From Octopus bimaculoides (Eukaryota), in contig NC_068994.1 of the NCBI RefSeq assembly GCF_001194135.2, forward strand, positions 39,904,097-39,968,096: DNA of 64,000 nt, written 5' to 3'. Below, in pieces: positions 26,141 through 38,750 of this stretch. The notes under the pieces are model-generated. The model made no database searches. It was not told where the DNA came from and saw nothing but the letters and a program-made list of their open reading frames with translations. The position numbers were made by a program, and so were the translations under genes. The stretch's first letter is position 1. Each line of letters opens with the position of its first letter.

Positions 26141-28379
26141 CATTACTGTCGCTTGTCAATGGTAAGTGTGTCTGCATGCACTCTTACACTAATTGTAACC
26201 TACATGTAATATTAATACATGTATAAGACATAATTACTACATGTTGTTTAGTGTAATAAAAACGCAAGAGGATGCGGTGGAGTACCTAACTCAGTGTTTT
26301 GCACACTCGAGATGAGCAAAATGTTATGAAAACATTGCATTCAGAGTGATTTGCAAGTGCATAAGGACCTCTAGGGAGGAATGTACAGAAAAAAAAATTA
26401 TTGATGAATCTTTAATTTTACCAATCGATAGATATGTAACTTATATTTAACTACAGTTTGCTTATGAAACTTAAAATATTTTCCCTCATCGTTTTTTCAG
26501 AGAAATTTTTTCAGTGGAAGTTTCAGATTTTGAATATGGGTAAAATATCACCCAGGAATTCTGCAATATCACCCAGGAATTCTGCATCTCTGTCATCTGA
26601 AAACCTTGATATAAGAATGATAGCTACCTTACCTTTAGAAATAATTTGAGATTGTGCCAGTCATCATATCTGATTATGGCTATAAGCTGATCTTATCAAT
26701 GGTCAAATATGAACTAGTTCACTCAGCTTTAATAAATACATTTTATAACAAAGTTGTAGTTGCTGAAGCCACACCTAATTTGCAGTTGTTTGTTGGTGTT
26801 ACTTCCATTAATTGACTTGAGTGTAAGTCATACCACTTTTCCTTGATTTTAACTGAAAAGTTGAGAAATAATTTATATGTGGGGCTAACCTAAAACTATG
26901 AAGGAAAAAAATTCACACCATGATTTAACTCTAAATTAAGGGTGAGACTTGTATATGTGTGTAACTTATACACAAGTAAATATGGTAAGTTCTAGACTTC
27001 CATTATAACTCTGTTCACATCTAGAATGCCTTAAATCACCACCAGTATCTGACTGATTGTTATTCTCTGTAGACCCCACAAGGATGAAAGAAAAAAAGCT
27101 TGACCCCAGAAAGCTTGGTACTCAGAACATAAAGGGCCATAACTAAATACAACAAATATTTTTGCCAATGCCTTAATGATTCTACCTGTTCTGAAATAGT
27201 GGAAAACTGACTCAAATTCAAAATAACACTGAGATGAACATATGATAAATAATAATTTTGTATAAAATTCATTTAAAAAAAAAAAAAGCAATCTACTTGA
27301 ATAAATATTATATTTGTAAGCATAGTTTTCCAAACCAGTTTAGGTTTCATTACAAGATATCTTCATTTTTGTTATACTTAAGCTCTCATTCAGCTATATA
27401 ATAAGACTGACCAAATTTCCCTTTCTGTGGATTTTTTAGTTTCATATTCATATTAAAGTGTGTATGAAGGTATTTTAGGCAACTTAATTAAAGTCAAATA
27501 CTAATACATTAAAATCCACTTGATAATCTAACCCACTTGATGCTACATTTGATTCTGTGCTGCAAGACCTTTCATTCTAAAATATTCCCATCCAAGTTAA
27601 TACCTTCTACATTACTATGTTAAGATATTTTTCACTTTATCTTCCAAACATAAACTTAAAATTGAAAAACAACAGGTATTGACTAAATGTCTATAAATTC
27701 TTTATTGCCAAAATTAACTGAAATGCATGGACAAGGTATTTTCACCAATTGTATAATCAAAAACTATTAAACAGCTTAATTTGAAATAAGATAAAATCTT
27801 CAGTAAGACAGTTTTAAACAAGATAGCAATACTACTTGCTACTAGAACATAAGGTGATCACTATATAAATGTTTTGTATACCAAACATATCAAACTAATA
27901 TCTAATTATGCTGCAAAGTATATTCTACTTCCCCTAAAGCATTCTAACAGGAAAATATAAGACAAATTACTAAACTGCTAAAAGACCCCAAAACTTTTCT
28001 TATGAAGAAAAAGAAATATGAAAAAGATGATTTAACAATTTTCAAGTTTTATGGATTAGAAATAGCTAAAGTGTATTAAAATTAAATAGTTAGCTAAGTA
28101 AATGAGATAGCTTAATTCTGAATAGTCAAACTTCTATGTACAAAAACTTTAGGTAAAGAATATATTATCTTTTAATATATTTATAGTAATTTGAAAGAAA
28201 GTCATTGCTCTGAATTAAAGAAAATGTGTATATGTTTATACATGTACATATGTATAGAGATAATAATAATGATAATATATCTGTATGTAAATGAGTGTGC
28301 ATATGTGTATATCTTGTGTATGTGTGTGCTTACATATAGTCATATATATATATCGGCATGTATTTATATGTATAAACAC

Positions 28380-28541
28380 ACACCTATACATTTAGATGTC
28401 TATGTGTGTATATATATGTATGTATATATATGCACACAAACACACACATATATGTACATACATAATATACTTGAATATACATTTGCACAGTAACACGCAA
28501 GCACATATACACATGCATATATGTATATGTGTATATATATG

Positions 28542-28573
<32 letters not shown>

Positions 28574-28830
28574 AATATATATGCATATACATATATGCAT
28601 GTGTATATATATGTGTGTGTGTGTGCTTGTATATACGTGTATATGTATGTATATCTACATATAAATATATATGTATATAAATATATGTGTATATATATAT
28701 ATAGATATAAGCAGATACATATGTATATACACACATATACACACACACACATATATATATATATATATGCATATACACATATATATGTATACATATGAAC
28801 ATATATATACATATATATGTATGCAGTGAT
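28380..28830. repeat. Compound (TA)/(CA)/(TG) microsatellite field
   Basis: Alternating purine-pyrimidine sequence giving YI/CV/HT-rich spurious ORFs in all frames; similar field at 56080-56870. Confidence 0.95.
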
Positions 28831-29459
28831 ATACATATACTTTTTACAACCCATCAAAGACAAACCATAAATTTATATATATATTTATATATATAATCAT
28901 ATCTGTGTGTGTGTGCATGTGTATGTGTGAATGTGTTTGTGCATATGTGTGTGTATGTGCATGTGCTTGTGTATACTTTTTTTTTTCATGAAACACAAAT
29001 ATTAAAAATGGGAAAGATATACATAAATGCAGATACTAAGCTTGTTATACACAAAAGATTCTGTCAAAGTTTGATAGAAAAATATTTATGGAACTTTGAA
29101 ACTGAAAGTTAAAAATGTGAAAATGTGTTACTCACTTTTTGTACATGGAAACAATTTTAAAGATTTGTTAAGTCTCCAAAAAATAATTTACTAGACTAGA
29201 TATTTCAATTGTGTGTTTGTATGTATAAACCTTGAAAATTATACTATAATTAGGCAGGTTCATACTTTTTGTTTCTGTCCTCTTTATCCTTTTCCCCCTC
29301 TTTTTAAAAAAAAAAAACTGATAATTTTGTGAGTTTTTTTTTTGTTTGTTTCTCTTTCAAATCATCTCCAACTATGCAGTACAAAAATCATGTTAAATGA
29401 AATTATTTTAAAAGCAAGCAGTGGAAAATAGTGAATGAAATGCAAAAAAAAAAAAAACG

Positions 29460-29490
<31 letters not shown>

Positions 29491-30141
29491 TTATAAATAT
29501 ATAAGATGAACACATACAATAGAATTCTAAGAGTAAGTAGAAAATAGAAGAAAGAAAGAAAGAAAAGAAACAAATCACTACTAAATAATGACAGGTGTGA
29601 ATGTTTTTAAAATAAAATCAAATGTTGTTTATGTAGACACTGTCTGTAAATTTTGTTTCCACATCAGGATGAAAGTACATGTTTTTATTATGTAGTGAAT
29701 TATTTATGTAAAAACAAAACAAAAATAAATACAAAACATACACACATATATACATACACACACACACACACATGCAGACACGCACACAACAAACTAACAT
29801 TTATACCACTCAGTGCCAAGAAATACTGAAGAATATATTTTGATGACAGAGCAGACATCAGTTTGATTATAAAGTATATACTTCTATAAATTTTTAATAA
29901 CATTTTCAAAACAGCATAGTATTTATTCCTCACTTTTAATAATTTTACAATATCTGTGTTGTTGATAAAAAGTACTTTTTTTTAAATATATTTTTGTTAC
30001 TACATTTATTGTTTTGTTTTATATAATTGCCATGCTGATAACTATAGGGAACATGCACACACACACGCACACAAACACACAAACACACACATACACATAC
30101 ACAAATAATATTTTTTTGTTGCTTTAGAAACAACCACTTAC

Positions 30142-30355
30142 TTGTTTCAGTATATGTTTTCCTGTCAGTCGTTAGAGAAGATGTGTATCCTGCTGTAGAG
30201 TTAGTTAAATAGTAACTGCTACTGTGGCATCAGTATTATGGTGTGTGATATAGAACTATGAAAGAGAGATCTGCAGTCCTATCAAGCAGTGTGCATATGT
30301 GTGTGTATGCAATGCCTGCTGCAGCCAATGACTAGCTGTCAGAGAGTCACATGGA
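30142..30355 (-). promoter_or_regulatory. Candidate promoter and non-coding first exon of the 19282-21687 protocadherin
   Basis: Unique, less AT-rich island between AT-rich flanks. NF-Y-type GCAGCCAATGA (CCAAT at 30325-30329), TGACTC (30344-30349) and E-box CACATG (30348-30353) upstream on minus; canonical donor CAA|GTAAGT at 30142/30141. Confidence 0.35.
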
Positions 30356-32496
30356 TAGAAACGAATTCTAACTTCAACTTTGCCAGCAAGTAGATTTTAA
30401 CCTTATAATGAGACATTTGCAATTCTTTTAGTTCTTCTAAATATATCTCCTTTTCTCTGTATATATTTAGATAAAACCACCATTACTGTCAAGTTAGGAT
30501 ATGTTCTTAAATGGAATTAATTTAGTCCCTTGATTCATAGTGTATGCCTGACAGAAAAATTAAGTACTCTCTCTATTGTTGCAAAACTTTTATTCTATGC
30601 CTCTGAGAGATGAGAAAGAGTTTATCTGAGGACTTTGTTATGCACCTAGCATATAACTGTTATCTGACTAAGCGCATGCCTTCTACTGAAAGAAGGTATT
30701 GAAAATTGAATCACGTTTTTAATCAATCTTCTGTGTTAAGAGAAAAATATTATTGATTTTTCTCCTTAATATTAAACATTACATTTTTAGCTATTTTATT
30801 TTTCCACTTTCCATCAATTTTTGACATTTTAAAATGTTTTAAATTCATTATTAGAAGAGTTTTGTTCAGAGTAGAGGAATATAGGGTAATTAGTGAATTA
30901 AAATTAAAATTGAATGAGGAATAAAAACAATTGTTTTGAATGTAATTAAATCAAAAGGTGGAAAATTCTTTAGCTTTTAGAATATCAACTGAATTTCGAA
31001 TATTGCTTTATACATTTTTAGCTTCATTCTTTTTCCATTAAGAATGTTTTATTTCATTTTCTCTTAGTATAACTTGTGCTGATTTAGATTATTATAGTAA
31101 ATGCTTCAAATTTTTTCTTTTCTTTACTTTTCATTGTTTTTGTTAACACAATAACACTTTTTTCTTTCAAATTTCAAAAGTAATTAGTAAAAAAATGTTG
31201 ATTTAATAAATGAAATTTTCAAGAGTAATAGGCTCTAAACACAGTAAGGATGCTTAGCAATTTGGACACAAATACTCAAAAATGTCAAACAGGAATACTG
31301 TATTCTGATAGCCAAAGTATAAATAGAACTTGTAAGTGTATTAGAGTGTATAAGCCACAGAGCAGACATTTTAAGACCATATCCAAGAAAGGCTACTTGA
31401 CTGATTCACAAGTTCTTCTTCATCACACTTCAATTCTGGCTCATAGCCATGCTACCTCTTCTCCCTATCTTTTCTACTTCTACTATAGTGGCCTATGCTC
31501 TTGGGAGCTGGCTGGCTAATCTCACTGTTACATGTCGCTTCAAGCGCTCTATACTCGTTCATCTCTTTTCTTCTTGATTTTATCCAGTGACTCTATTTTG
31601 GGCCTGAGCCTTGCACACTTTATCCAGTCTTTCTTCCTTAGAATTTTGGGTTCTTTGGAAATACCTCCCAGCCTATTGTTATTTTTCCTACAGCCATCAG
31701 CCTGTAACTGCTTAAGAGAAACAGTAAGTGCATCAATCTCATCAGTCTTGATAGGCCTACAAAGGCCCAGCCCCTTCCACAAGATCTAACCAATAAATAA
31801 TGATAATTGTCTCTGATTCAGACACAAATTCATCTATTTGTTGGATGGAGGTTGGTTGATACCACTGACTTCAGTACTTGACTGATACTTTACATTTTTA
31901 AATCCTGAGGAATGAAAGGTACCAATAATTTTAGCAGCAAGATTTGAAATCAGAATATAAAAAGTAAGAAGAAATACTGCAAAGCATTTTTTCTGACCCT
32001 CTAATAATTCTGCCAGCTCACTGTAACAAAGCCACTTGTAAAACATATGTTTTTTTGTTAACTTCACAAGGACATGGTTATAGTAAATATGTTAGTGTCT
32101 ACTATCACTACAAGTCCAGTTTAAAACCACAAATTTTCTAATACTTTAATAATGTCCATATGCTGTATCTTCAAACTATATATTGCTTCAGTGTATTGTA
32201 AATGAACTCACTCTGTTATATTATGTGTGAAACTTGAAACAAGAATTAATTCTAAACTGCTGAGATTCTGAAGGTTTTTTTTTATAAATTTAAAAAGATA
32301 AAATATTTTTTTTCAAAATTGCCGTGACTCTTTGAATTACTTGAGTAATTGTAGTGGTGTGTATTCAACAAAATTTGATTGAACACAAACAATATTAAAA
32401 TAGATTTTACTCAGTACTATCGGTTTGTAGAGACCATTTAAAATTCAGCTCACGCTAACATCAGAAACGAGTGGTATGAGAGATAAAATGAAATAA

Positions 32497-32528
<32 letters not shown>

Positions 32529-33047
32529 TAATAATAAAAGCAGAGCAAAGAACTAGTCAACAAAATATGGACACTAATGTACTTGAATAAAAATGAAAAC
32601 AACAAAGTATCAATATTAAAATAAAACATAACAAACACTAAACAAAATATTCAAATACAGACACAGAACTGCAGCAGGGAGGGAGAGGGGAAGGGGTTAT
32701 TAAAAATAATCAGTTCCTAAAATCTGAGAGTAATTCCGATAAAATGTCCCATAGTCTTTTAATCTGATGATAATTCATAATGTATAGAATAAAATATAAA
32801 ATAAAATATAAAATTAACAACAGCTCTAACTAAAAGAGGAAACAATGTATGTCTGTCTGTACACAGCCACACATACACAAGAATGCACTCATGAAATAAT
32901 ACTATGTTGCTGGTACATAACCATTACACCAAGGCATATATGGACGTATATAAGTAAAATAGAAGCTATAATGGCTTCATGTGTGTGCATATATGTATGT
33001 GTGTGTGTGTATATAGGTGTGTGTGTGTGTGTGTAAATATGTATGTG

Positions 33048-33085
<38 letters not shown>

Positions 33086-33254
33086 GTCCTATGTTCTGAT
33101 TCAAATTCTGCTGATGTTGACTTTGCCTTTCACGCTTTTGTGGTCAATGAAATAAATACCAGTTGACCACTGGAACTGATGTAATCAACTGGTTCCTTCC
33201 CCCAGAATTTCAGGTCTTGGGGCTATAGTAGAAAGGATTATTATTATTATTATT

Positions 33255-33680
33255 GCCTTTGCACAGCTTCTAATGCTGGAGATGTACTACAGTGTCAGCT
33301 GTTAACTACCAGTGAACTAAGGTACCACCTCTTCTTTTTTAGCACCTTCCGCAGTATTCAAGTGGTTCCAAGCAGTGCTGTTTTCTGCAAGTGCACCTCC
33401 CATGTTGCAGCCCCTATTTGTTCCAAGTACTTCTCAAGATTTTTACTCACTGTTTCCAAGGCTCTGACAATTATTGGTACCACTACCACCTTTTCCATCG
33501 ACCATAACTGCTTTACCTCCCAAGCTAACATGTCATATCTATCGACTTTTCTTTCTTACTTATCGCATACCTTGTTGTCAACTAGGCATGCTATATCTCT
33601 GATCCAGCATAATTTGCTTTCTTTCTCAATTAAGACTATGTCTGGCTTCCTATTCTATATCTCATGGTCACACTGAATCA
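33255..33680 (-). mobile_element. 3' end of R4/Dong-type non-LTR retrotransposon (restriction-like endonuclease domain)
   Basis: Minus translation: NRKPDIVLIEKESKLCWIRDIACLVD...KVDRYDMLAWEVKQLW...VVVPIIVRALETV...LQKTALLGTT*ILRKVL; flanked by (ATT)n on both sides. Confidence 0.75.
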
Positions 33681-33682
33681 TT

Positions 33683-33713
<31 letters not shown>

Positions 33714-34223
33714 TATTGTTATTATCATTTTAGTTGCTGTTGTTGTTGTTATTATTATTATTATTAGGCAGCGAGCTGGCAAAATTGTTAGCATGCTGGG
33801 CAAAATGCTTAGTGGTATTTCATCTGCGGCTATGTTCTGAGTTCAAATTCTGCTGAGGTCAACTTTGCGTTTCATCCTTTCGAGATTGATAAATTAAGTA
33901 CCAGTTGGGCACTGGGGTCAATGTAATCGACTTCTCCACTCCACCAAATTTGCTGGCCGTGTGTCAAGATTTGAAATCATCATCATCATCATCAGCAGTA
34001 GTAGTAGTAGTAGTAGTATCTTTATTAAGTTGGAGAGCTGGCAGAATTGCTAGCATGCCAGACAAAATACTCAGCAACATTTCTGAGTTCAAATTCTACT
34101 GTGGTGGACTTTGTCTTTCATCCTTTCAGGGTCGACAAAATAAATACCAGTTGAGCACAGGGGTTGATGTAATTGACTTCTTCTTCCCCTGAGATTGCTG
34201 GCTTTGTGCAAAAATTTTTGAAC

Positions 34224-34268
<45 letters not shown>

Positions 34269-34272
34269 CATC

Positions 34273-34677
34273 ATAGACGTCGCACAGTATACAATATCAG
34301 GAGGTTGTTGATTGAAGATATTGTGTCTACCAGGGGTTTGCATTGTTTGTCAAGTCACAACAAGGACCTCAGACAGACAGTACTTTAGGCAACATGCATG
34401 CAGTTCCAAGTAATGCTGACTTTTGCAATACACCTAGATTGTAGGGTATTTCTAAAGTTTCCAGATTTTTTTTTTTTTTTTTTTAGATTGGGTGGTATTG
34501 AACTCAATGCTCCAATGACAATAGGGATAACCTTTATGTTTGACTCTCATAGCTGCCACATTTTAGCGATCTCAGTTCTCAGGTCTCCATATTTATCAAG
34601 CTTTTCTCTTTCTTTTATGATGATATGTTGATCTCCTGGCACTGCCATGTTAATTATTAGGCACTCTTCTTTGCCCC
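34273..34677 (-). mobile_element. 3' end of a second, distinct R4/Dong-type RLE retrotransposon
   Basis: Minus translation: CLIINMAVPGDQHIIIKEREKLDKYGDLRTEIAKMWQL...KVIPIVIGALSSIP...LQKSALLGTACMLPKVL; 3'UTR ends in (AAT)n; flanked by (ATT)n. Confidence 0.75.
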
Positions 34678-34710
<33 letters not shown>

Positions 34711-34918
34711 GATGGCAACGAGCTGACAGAATAATAACTGCTTCGGACAAAATGCTTAGCAGCATTTCTTCCTTTTGAGTTTCAATTCAACCAAGTTGAC
34801 TTTACCTTTCATCCTTTCAGGGGCAAGAGAATAAGTACCAGTTGTGTACTGGGGTTAATGTAATAAATTTATCCCTTGCCCTGAAATTGCCGGCCTTATG
34901 CCAAAATTAAAAATAATA

Positions 34919-34961
<43 letters not shown>

Positions 34962-34969
<8 letters not shown>

Positions 34970-35322
34970 TCCGTCTTAGAGAAGGTGGAGGTACTGTTTT
35001 CAGTCGTATTTGTTTGTTTGTCCGTAGACAAGATATCTCAAGAACTGCTGGATGGATTCAGATGAAACTTTCAGGGATGCTTGACCTTATGACTGGCACA
35101 AATTGATTAGATTTTGGAATCAATCTGGCACCGGACAAGGATTCTGGATTATTTTTCTTTTTTTTTTTTACTTAATTTTTGAGAGTCATCAGGTACGTTT
35201 TTAGTATTCTAGTTTGTGAGAGCAGTCGAGTTTATTTCAGATATCCACATTTTAAAATATCATCTCAGGTTAATCATTGAGAGGACGTTGGTATTGCCTT
35301 GGCAGAGGTTTGTGCTCTTGTT
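34962..35322 (+). mobile_element. Helentron-associated non-autonomous element (HINE-like), copy 2
   Basis: 5' hairpin TACCTCCGTCTT-agag-AAGGTGGAGGTA; same body as 8507-8877; sits in an (ATT)n SINE tail. Confidence 0.65.
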
Positions 35323-35576
35323 GTTGTTGTTCTTATTATTATTATCATTATTATTATTGTATTAAGGTGGTGAGCTGGCGGAATTGTTAGCACACCAGGC
35401 AAAATGCTTAGCGGTATTTCATCTGTCTTTACGTTCTGAGCTCAAATTCCGTCGAGGTCAACTTTTCCTTTCATCCTTTCGGGGTCGATAAATTAAGTAC
35501 CAGTTGCAAACTGTGGTCGATCTAATTGACTGGTCCCCCATCCCAAATTTCAGGCCTTGTGCCTATAGTAGAAACG

Positions 35577-35608
<32 letters not shown>

Positions 35609-35979
35609 CATTATTATTATTATCATTATTATTATTATCATTATTATTATCATTATAAGTTACATGTATCATAGTTTTTAGTTTCAAATATATACAACTG
35701 TTCAAACTAGTCATTTGAAGCTTTAGCTTCAAATAAACTATACACATACTAATTTCTGTATTGAGTTCTTTTCCCACTTCACATTTGTAAACACAGGCTT
35801 TCAACTGTCATCTTAATCTAAGTACAAAGTGGACACATATATTTACATAAATAGTGCAGATTTGAATATGCGTGTGTAATGTAGGTGGTATGTGTATGAA
35901 TATATTTATGTATCTCTGTCTGCCTATTTGTATATCTATCTATCTATCTATCTATCTATCTGTCAGTCCCATGTTTCCG

Positions 35980-36330
35980 CACACACACACATACATACAC
36001 ACACATCATATGCGTGTGAATATATATATATTTTCTGCATATACAATATATATATATATTATACATACACACACATATACATACATACATAAACAAACAC
36101 ACACACACACACATCATATGTGTGTGAATATATATATATATTTTCTACATGTACAATATATATATATATATATATATACATACACACACATATACGCACA
36201 TACATAAACAAACACACACACACACATCATATGCGTGTGAATATATATATATTTTCTACATATACAATATATATATACATGCACACATACATAAACAAAC
36301 ACACACACACACACTCATACACACATGAAA
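35980..36330. repeat. Minisatellite of about three ~115-bp units built from (CA)/(TA) microsatellites
   Basis: Recurrent unit acacacatcatatgcgtgtgaatatatatatattttct.catatacaatat...cataaacaaacacacac. Confidence 0.8.
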
Positions 36331-36819
36331 TATAGAAGCAGAAAGAAAGACATATATAATATATATATTTATATAAGAGAACTGACACATAGTTGTTAAC
36401 AAAGCTGTATGTTAGTTCCACATCTACTTTTAAACACATTCACATAGAAAATAGAGTTTATTATATATTAAGAAGATCTTTGAATGGTCTCAGTTGAGTT
36501 TAGTTTTTTTTTTTTATATTTGTTAGTATTTTTTTAATCATTTTATTTCGTTTTTATTTTTGTTTTTGTTTTGACTTGTCTTCTCTCTTTGCTTACTAAC
36601 AATGAAGATCATTGGGTGAGCACCAGTATGACTGTTCTGGCTGAGAATCACAGCATAATGATTCCATTGACTAAGACATAAGTGACAAGCATATGTCTGT
36701 AGCTGTTACATCAAAGTCGTTCGCTCTATATTGGTTAGCAACCAATACTAATGAACTGGGTCCTTTCTTATCCATCAATGATCAGTGATCAGACAATGTT
36801 AAAACAGTTTCAGTGAAGA

Positions 36820-37123
36820 AGAGGTGGTGGTGGTGGTGGTGGTGATGGTGGCAACAGCAGCAATCTTGGTGGTGATGGTGGTGATGGTGTTGTTGTTCTT
36901 TGTGGTAAAGATGGTGGTGGAGCTGGTAGCAATCATGGCTTTCATGGTTGTGGTTTAGGTGATGTTAGTAATGGCAATGTGGCAATGATGATGGTGGTAG
37001 TAGTGGTTGTGGTTATGGTGGTGGCAAAGCTAGTGGTAGTAATGGCTTTGATGGTTGTTGTATTGGAGATGCTAGTAATGGCGGTGTCGATAGTGGCAAT
37101 GGTGATGGTTGTGGTGGTGGTGT

Positions 37124-37163
<40 letters not shown>

Positions 37164-37173
37164 GGTGGTGGTG

Positions 37174-37204
<31 letters not shown>

Positions 37205-37495
37205 CAGCAGCAGCGGCGGTGGTGGCGATGGTATTGGTGGCGATGGTGTTGGTGGCAGCAGTGGTGGTGGTAGTGGTAGTGGTGATACTAGCAGTAATGA
37301 TGATGATGGCAGTAGTGGTAGTAGTGGTAGTAATAGCATTGATGGTGATGGTAGAGAGGATAATAATGGTGGTAATGGTGATGTCTGTGATGGTATCCTG
37401 ATGGTGGTGGTGAGGATTGACGTGGTGGTGGTGGTGAAGAACAATACCAGTGGTGTAATGGTGATGGTGGTAGTGGTGGTGGTGGTGGTGGTAGA
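36820..37495. repeat. Mosaic trinucleotide low-complexity tract (GGT/AGT/GAT/GCA)
   Basis: Continuous GTG/GTA/ATG triplets; source of the poly-Val and poly-Pro/Leu ORFs. Similar tracts at 57830-58035, 10405-10515, 42670-42780, 6040-6150. Confidence 0.95.
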
Positions 37496-38126
37496 GGATA
37501 TATGTTTTCTACAGAACTGCAATAAACACATTATATATAGAAAGTATACTCTGTGTGTATGTGTGTGTGTGTGTGTGTGCAGATGTGTGGGTGTGTGTAT
37601 GTGGACAGAGGGATTGTCTGTTTATAGTTAAAGAACACAGAAACTACATTACAGAAAAAAAAATTTTAAATACCTCTTACAGCAGTAAAAATTGCTTACA
37701 ATAATGTTACACTTCAGATTTTAAGATGAGTGAAATGAGATGTTGAGATGTTCATGCCATTCCTTTGAGCATTTGGTACAGTGAAAGAAAGATAATGGGG
37801 AAAAGAGAAAACAATAGTACAAAGTAAATATTTCTTTGTGATTTTAACACAAGGCCAGCAGTTTGGGGGAGGAGGGGATAAGTTGATTTAAATCGACCCC
37901 AGTACTCAACTGGTATTCATTTTATCAATCCCAAAAAGATGAAAATCCCTGGTGGGATTTGAACTCAGAACCTAAAGATGGATGAAATGCCACAAAGCAT
38001 TTCACTCAGCGTGCAAACGATTCTGTTTGCTCACCGCCTTGCAAGGCCAATAATATAGATTTCAAATTTTGGCCCAAGGCTAGCAATTTTGAGGGAGCAG
38101 GAAATCGATTACATCAACGCTAGTAC

Positions 38127-38632
38127 TCATCATCATCATCGTTTAACGTCCGTTTTCCATCCTGGCATGGGTTGGATGGTTTGACTGGGGTCTGGGAAGC
38201 CAGGAGGCTGCACCAGGCCCCATTCTGATCTGACAGTATTTCTACAGCTGGATGCTCTTCCTAACACCAACCACTCCAAGAGTGTAGTGCGTGCTTTTTA
38301 CATGCCACTGGCACAGGGGCCAGAGGAGCTGGCATCGACCATGATTGGAAGGTACTTTTTACGTGCCACCGGCATGGAAGCCAGTCAAAGTAGTATTGGC
38401 ATCAGCCACATTCAGATGGTACCTTTTACATGCTACCGGCACGGGGCTCACAACTACAATTTCCATTTGATTTGATTTGGTTTTGATATTGCTGATGTTG
38501 ATGTACTTGACTCAATAGGTCTCCTTAAGCACAGCATGTTGCCCTACGATCCAAGGTACTTTTGAGTGGGCTGGTTATGCGACACTGATGTAGGTTACAG
38601 CTGTGGACTCACTTTATTTGCCGGGTCTTCAA
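38127..38632 (-). mobile_element. RTE-type LINE/SINE 3' portion (same family as 54015)
   Basis: Reverse complement of the same 3'UTR and (GAT)n tail. Further copies at about 17956-18120 (-), 61020-61445 (+), 1600-1800 (-), 7970-8060 (+), 43240-43300 (+). Confidence 0.7.
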
Positions 38633-38750
38633 CTGGTACTTATTTTATCAAACCTGGAAGATGAAAGGCAAAGTTGGTAACAGTGGCATTTGAACTCAGA
38701 ACCGAATGGTGAATGTAATGCCACTAAGTTTTTCACCCAGCAGGCTAATG

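Larger units (their letters stand above)
33090..35580 (+). mobile_element. Nest of five same-orientation dominant-family SINEs interleaved with R4/Dong fragments and a HINE
   Basis: SINE copies at about 33090, 33767, 34030, 34710 and 35365, each ending in (ATT)n or (ATC)n. Confidence 0.8.

Noticed and set aside
26544-26585. Short tandem duplications: 21 bp x2 here, 20 bp x3 near 49135-49190, 18 bp x3 near 53945-54000
   Set aside because: Ordinary slippage repeats without unique spacers; not CRISPR-like.
28191-29112. Many overlapping YI/CV/HT-rich ORFs
   Set aside because: Dinucleotide microsatellite translation artefacts; likewise the ORFs spanning N gaps (23454-24186, 56084-57124, 59564-60107).
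31330-31790. Purine-rich degenerate coding-like segment on minus (ORF 31549-31782)
   Set aside because: Probably an old LINE fragment, but I could not identify a diagnostic motif.
36979-37531. Long poly-Val and poly-Pro/Leu ORFs
   Set aside because: Products of a trinucleotide mosaic with no splice or domain evidence; the same applies to 10121-10872 and 57814-58237.
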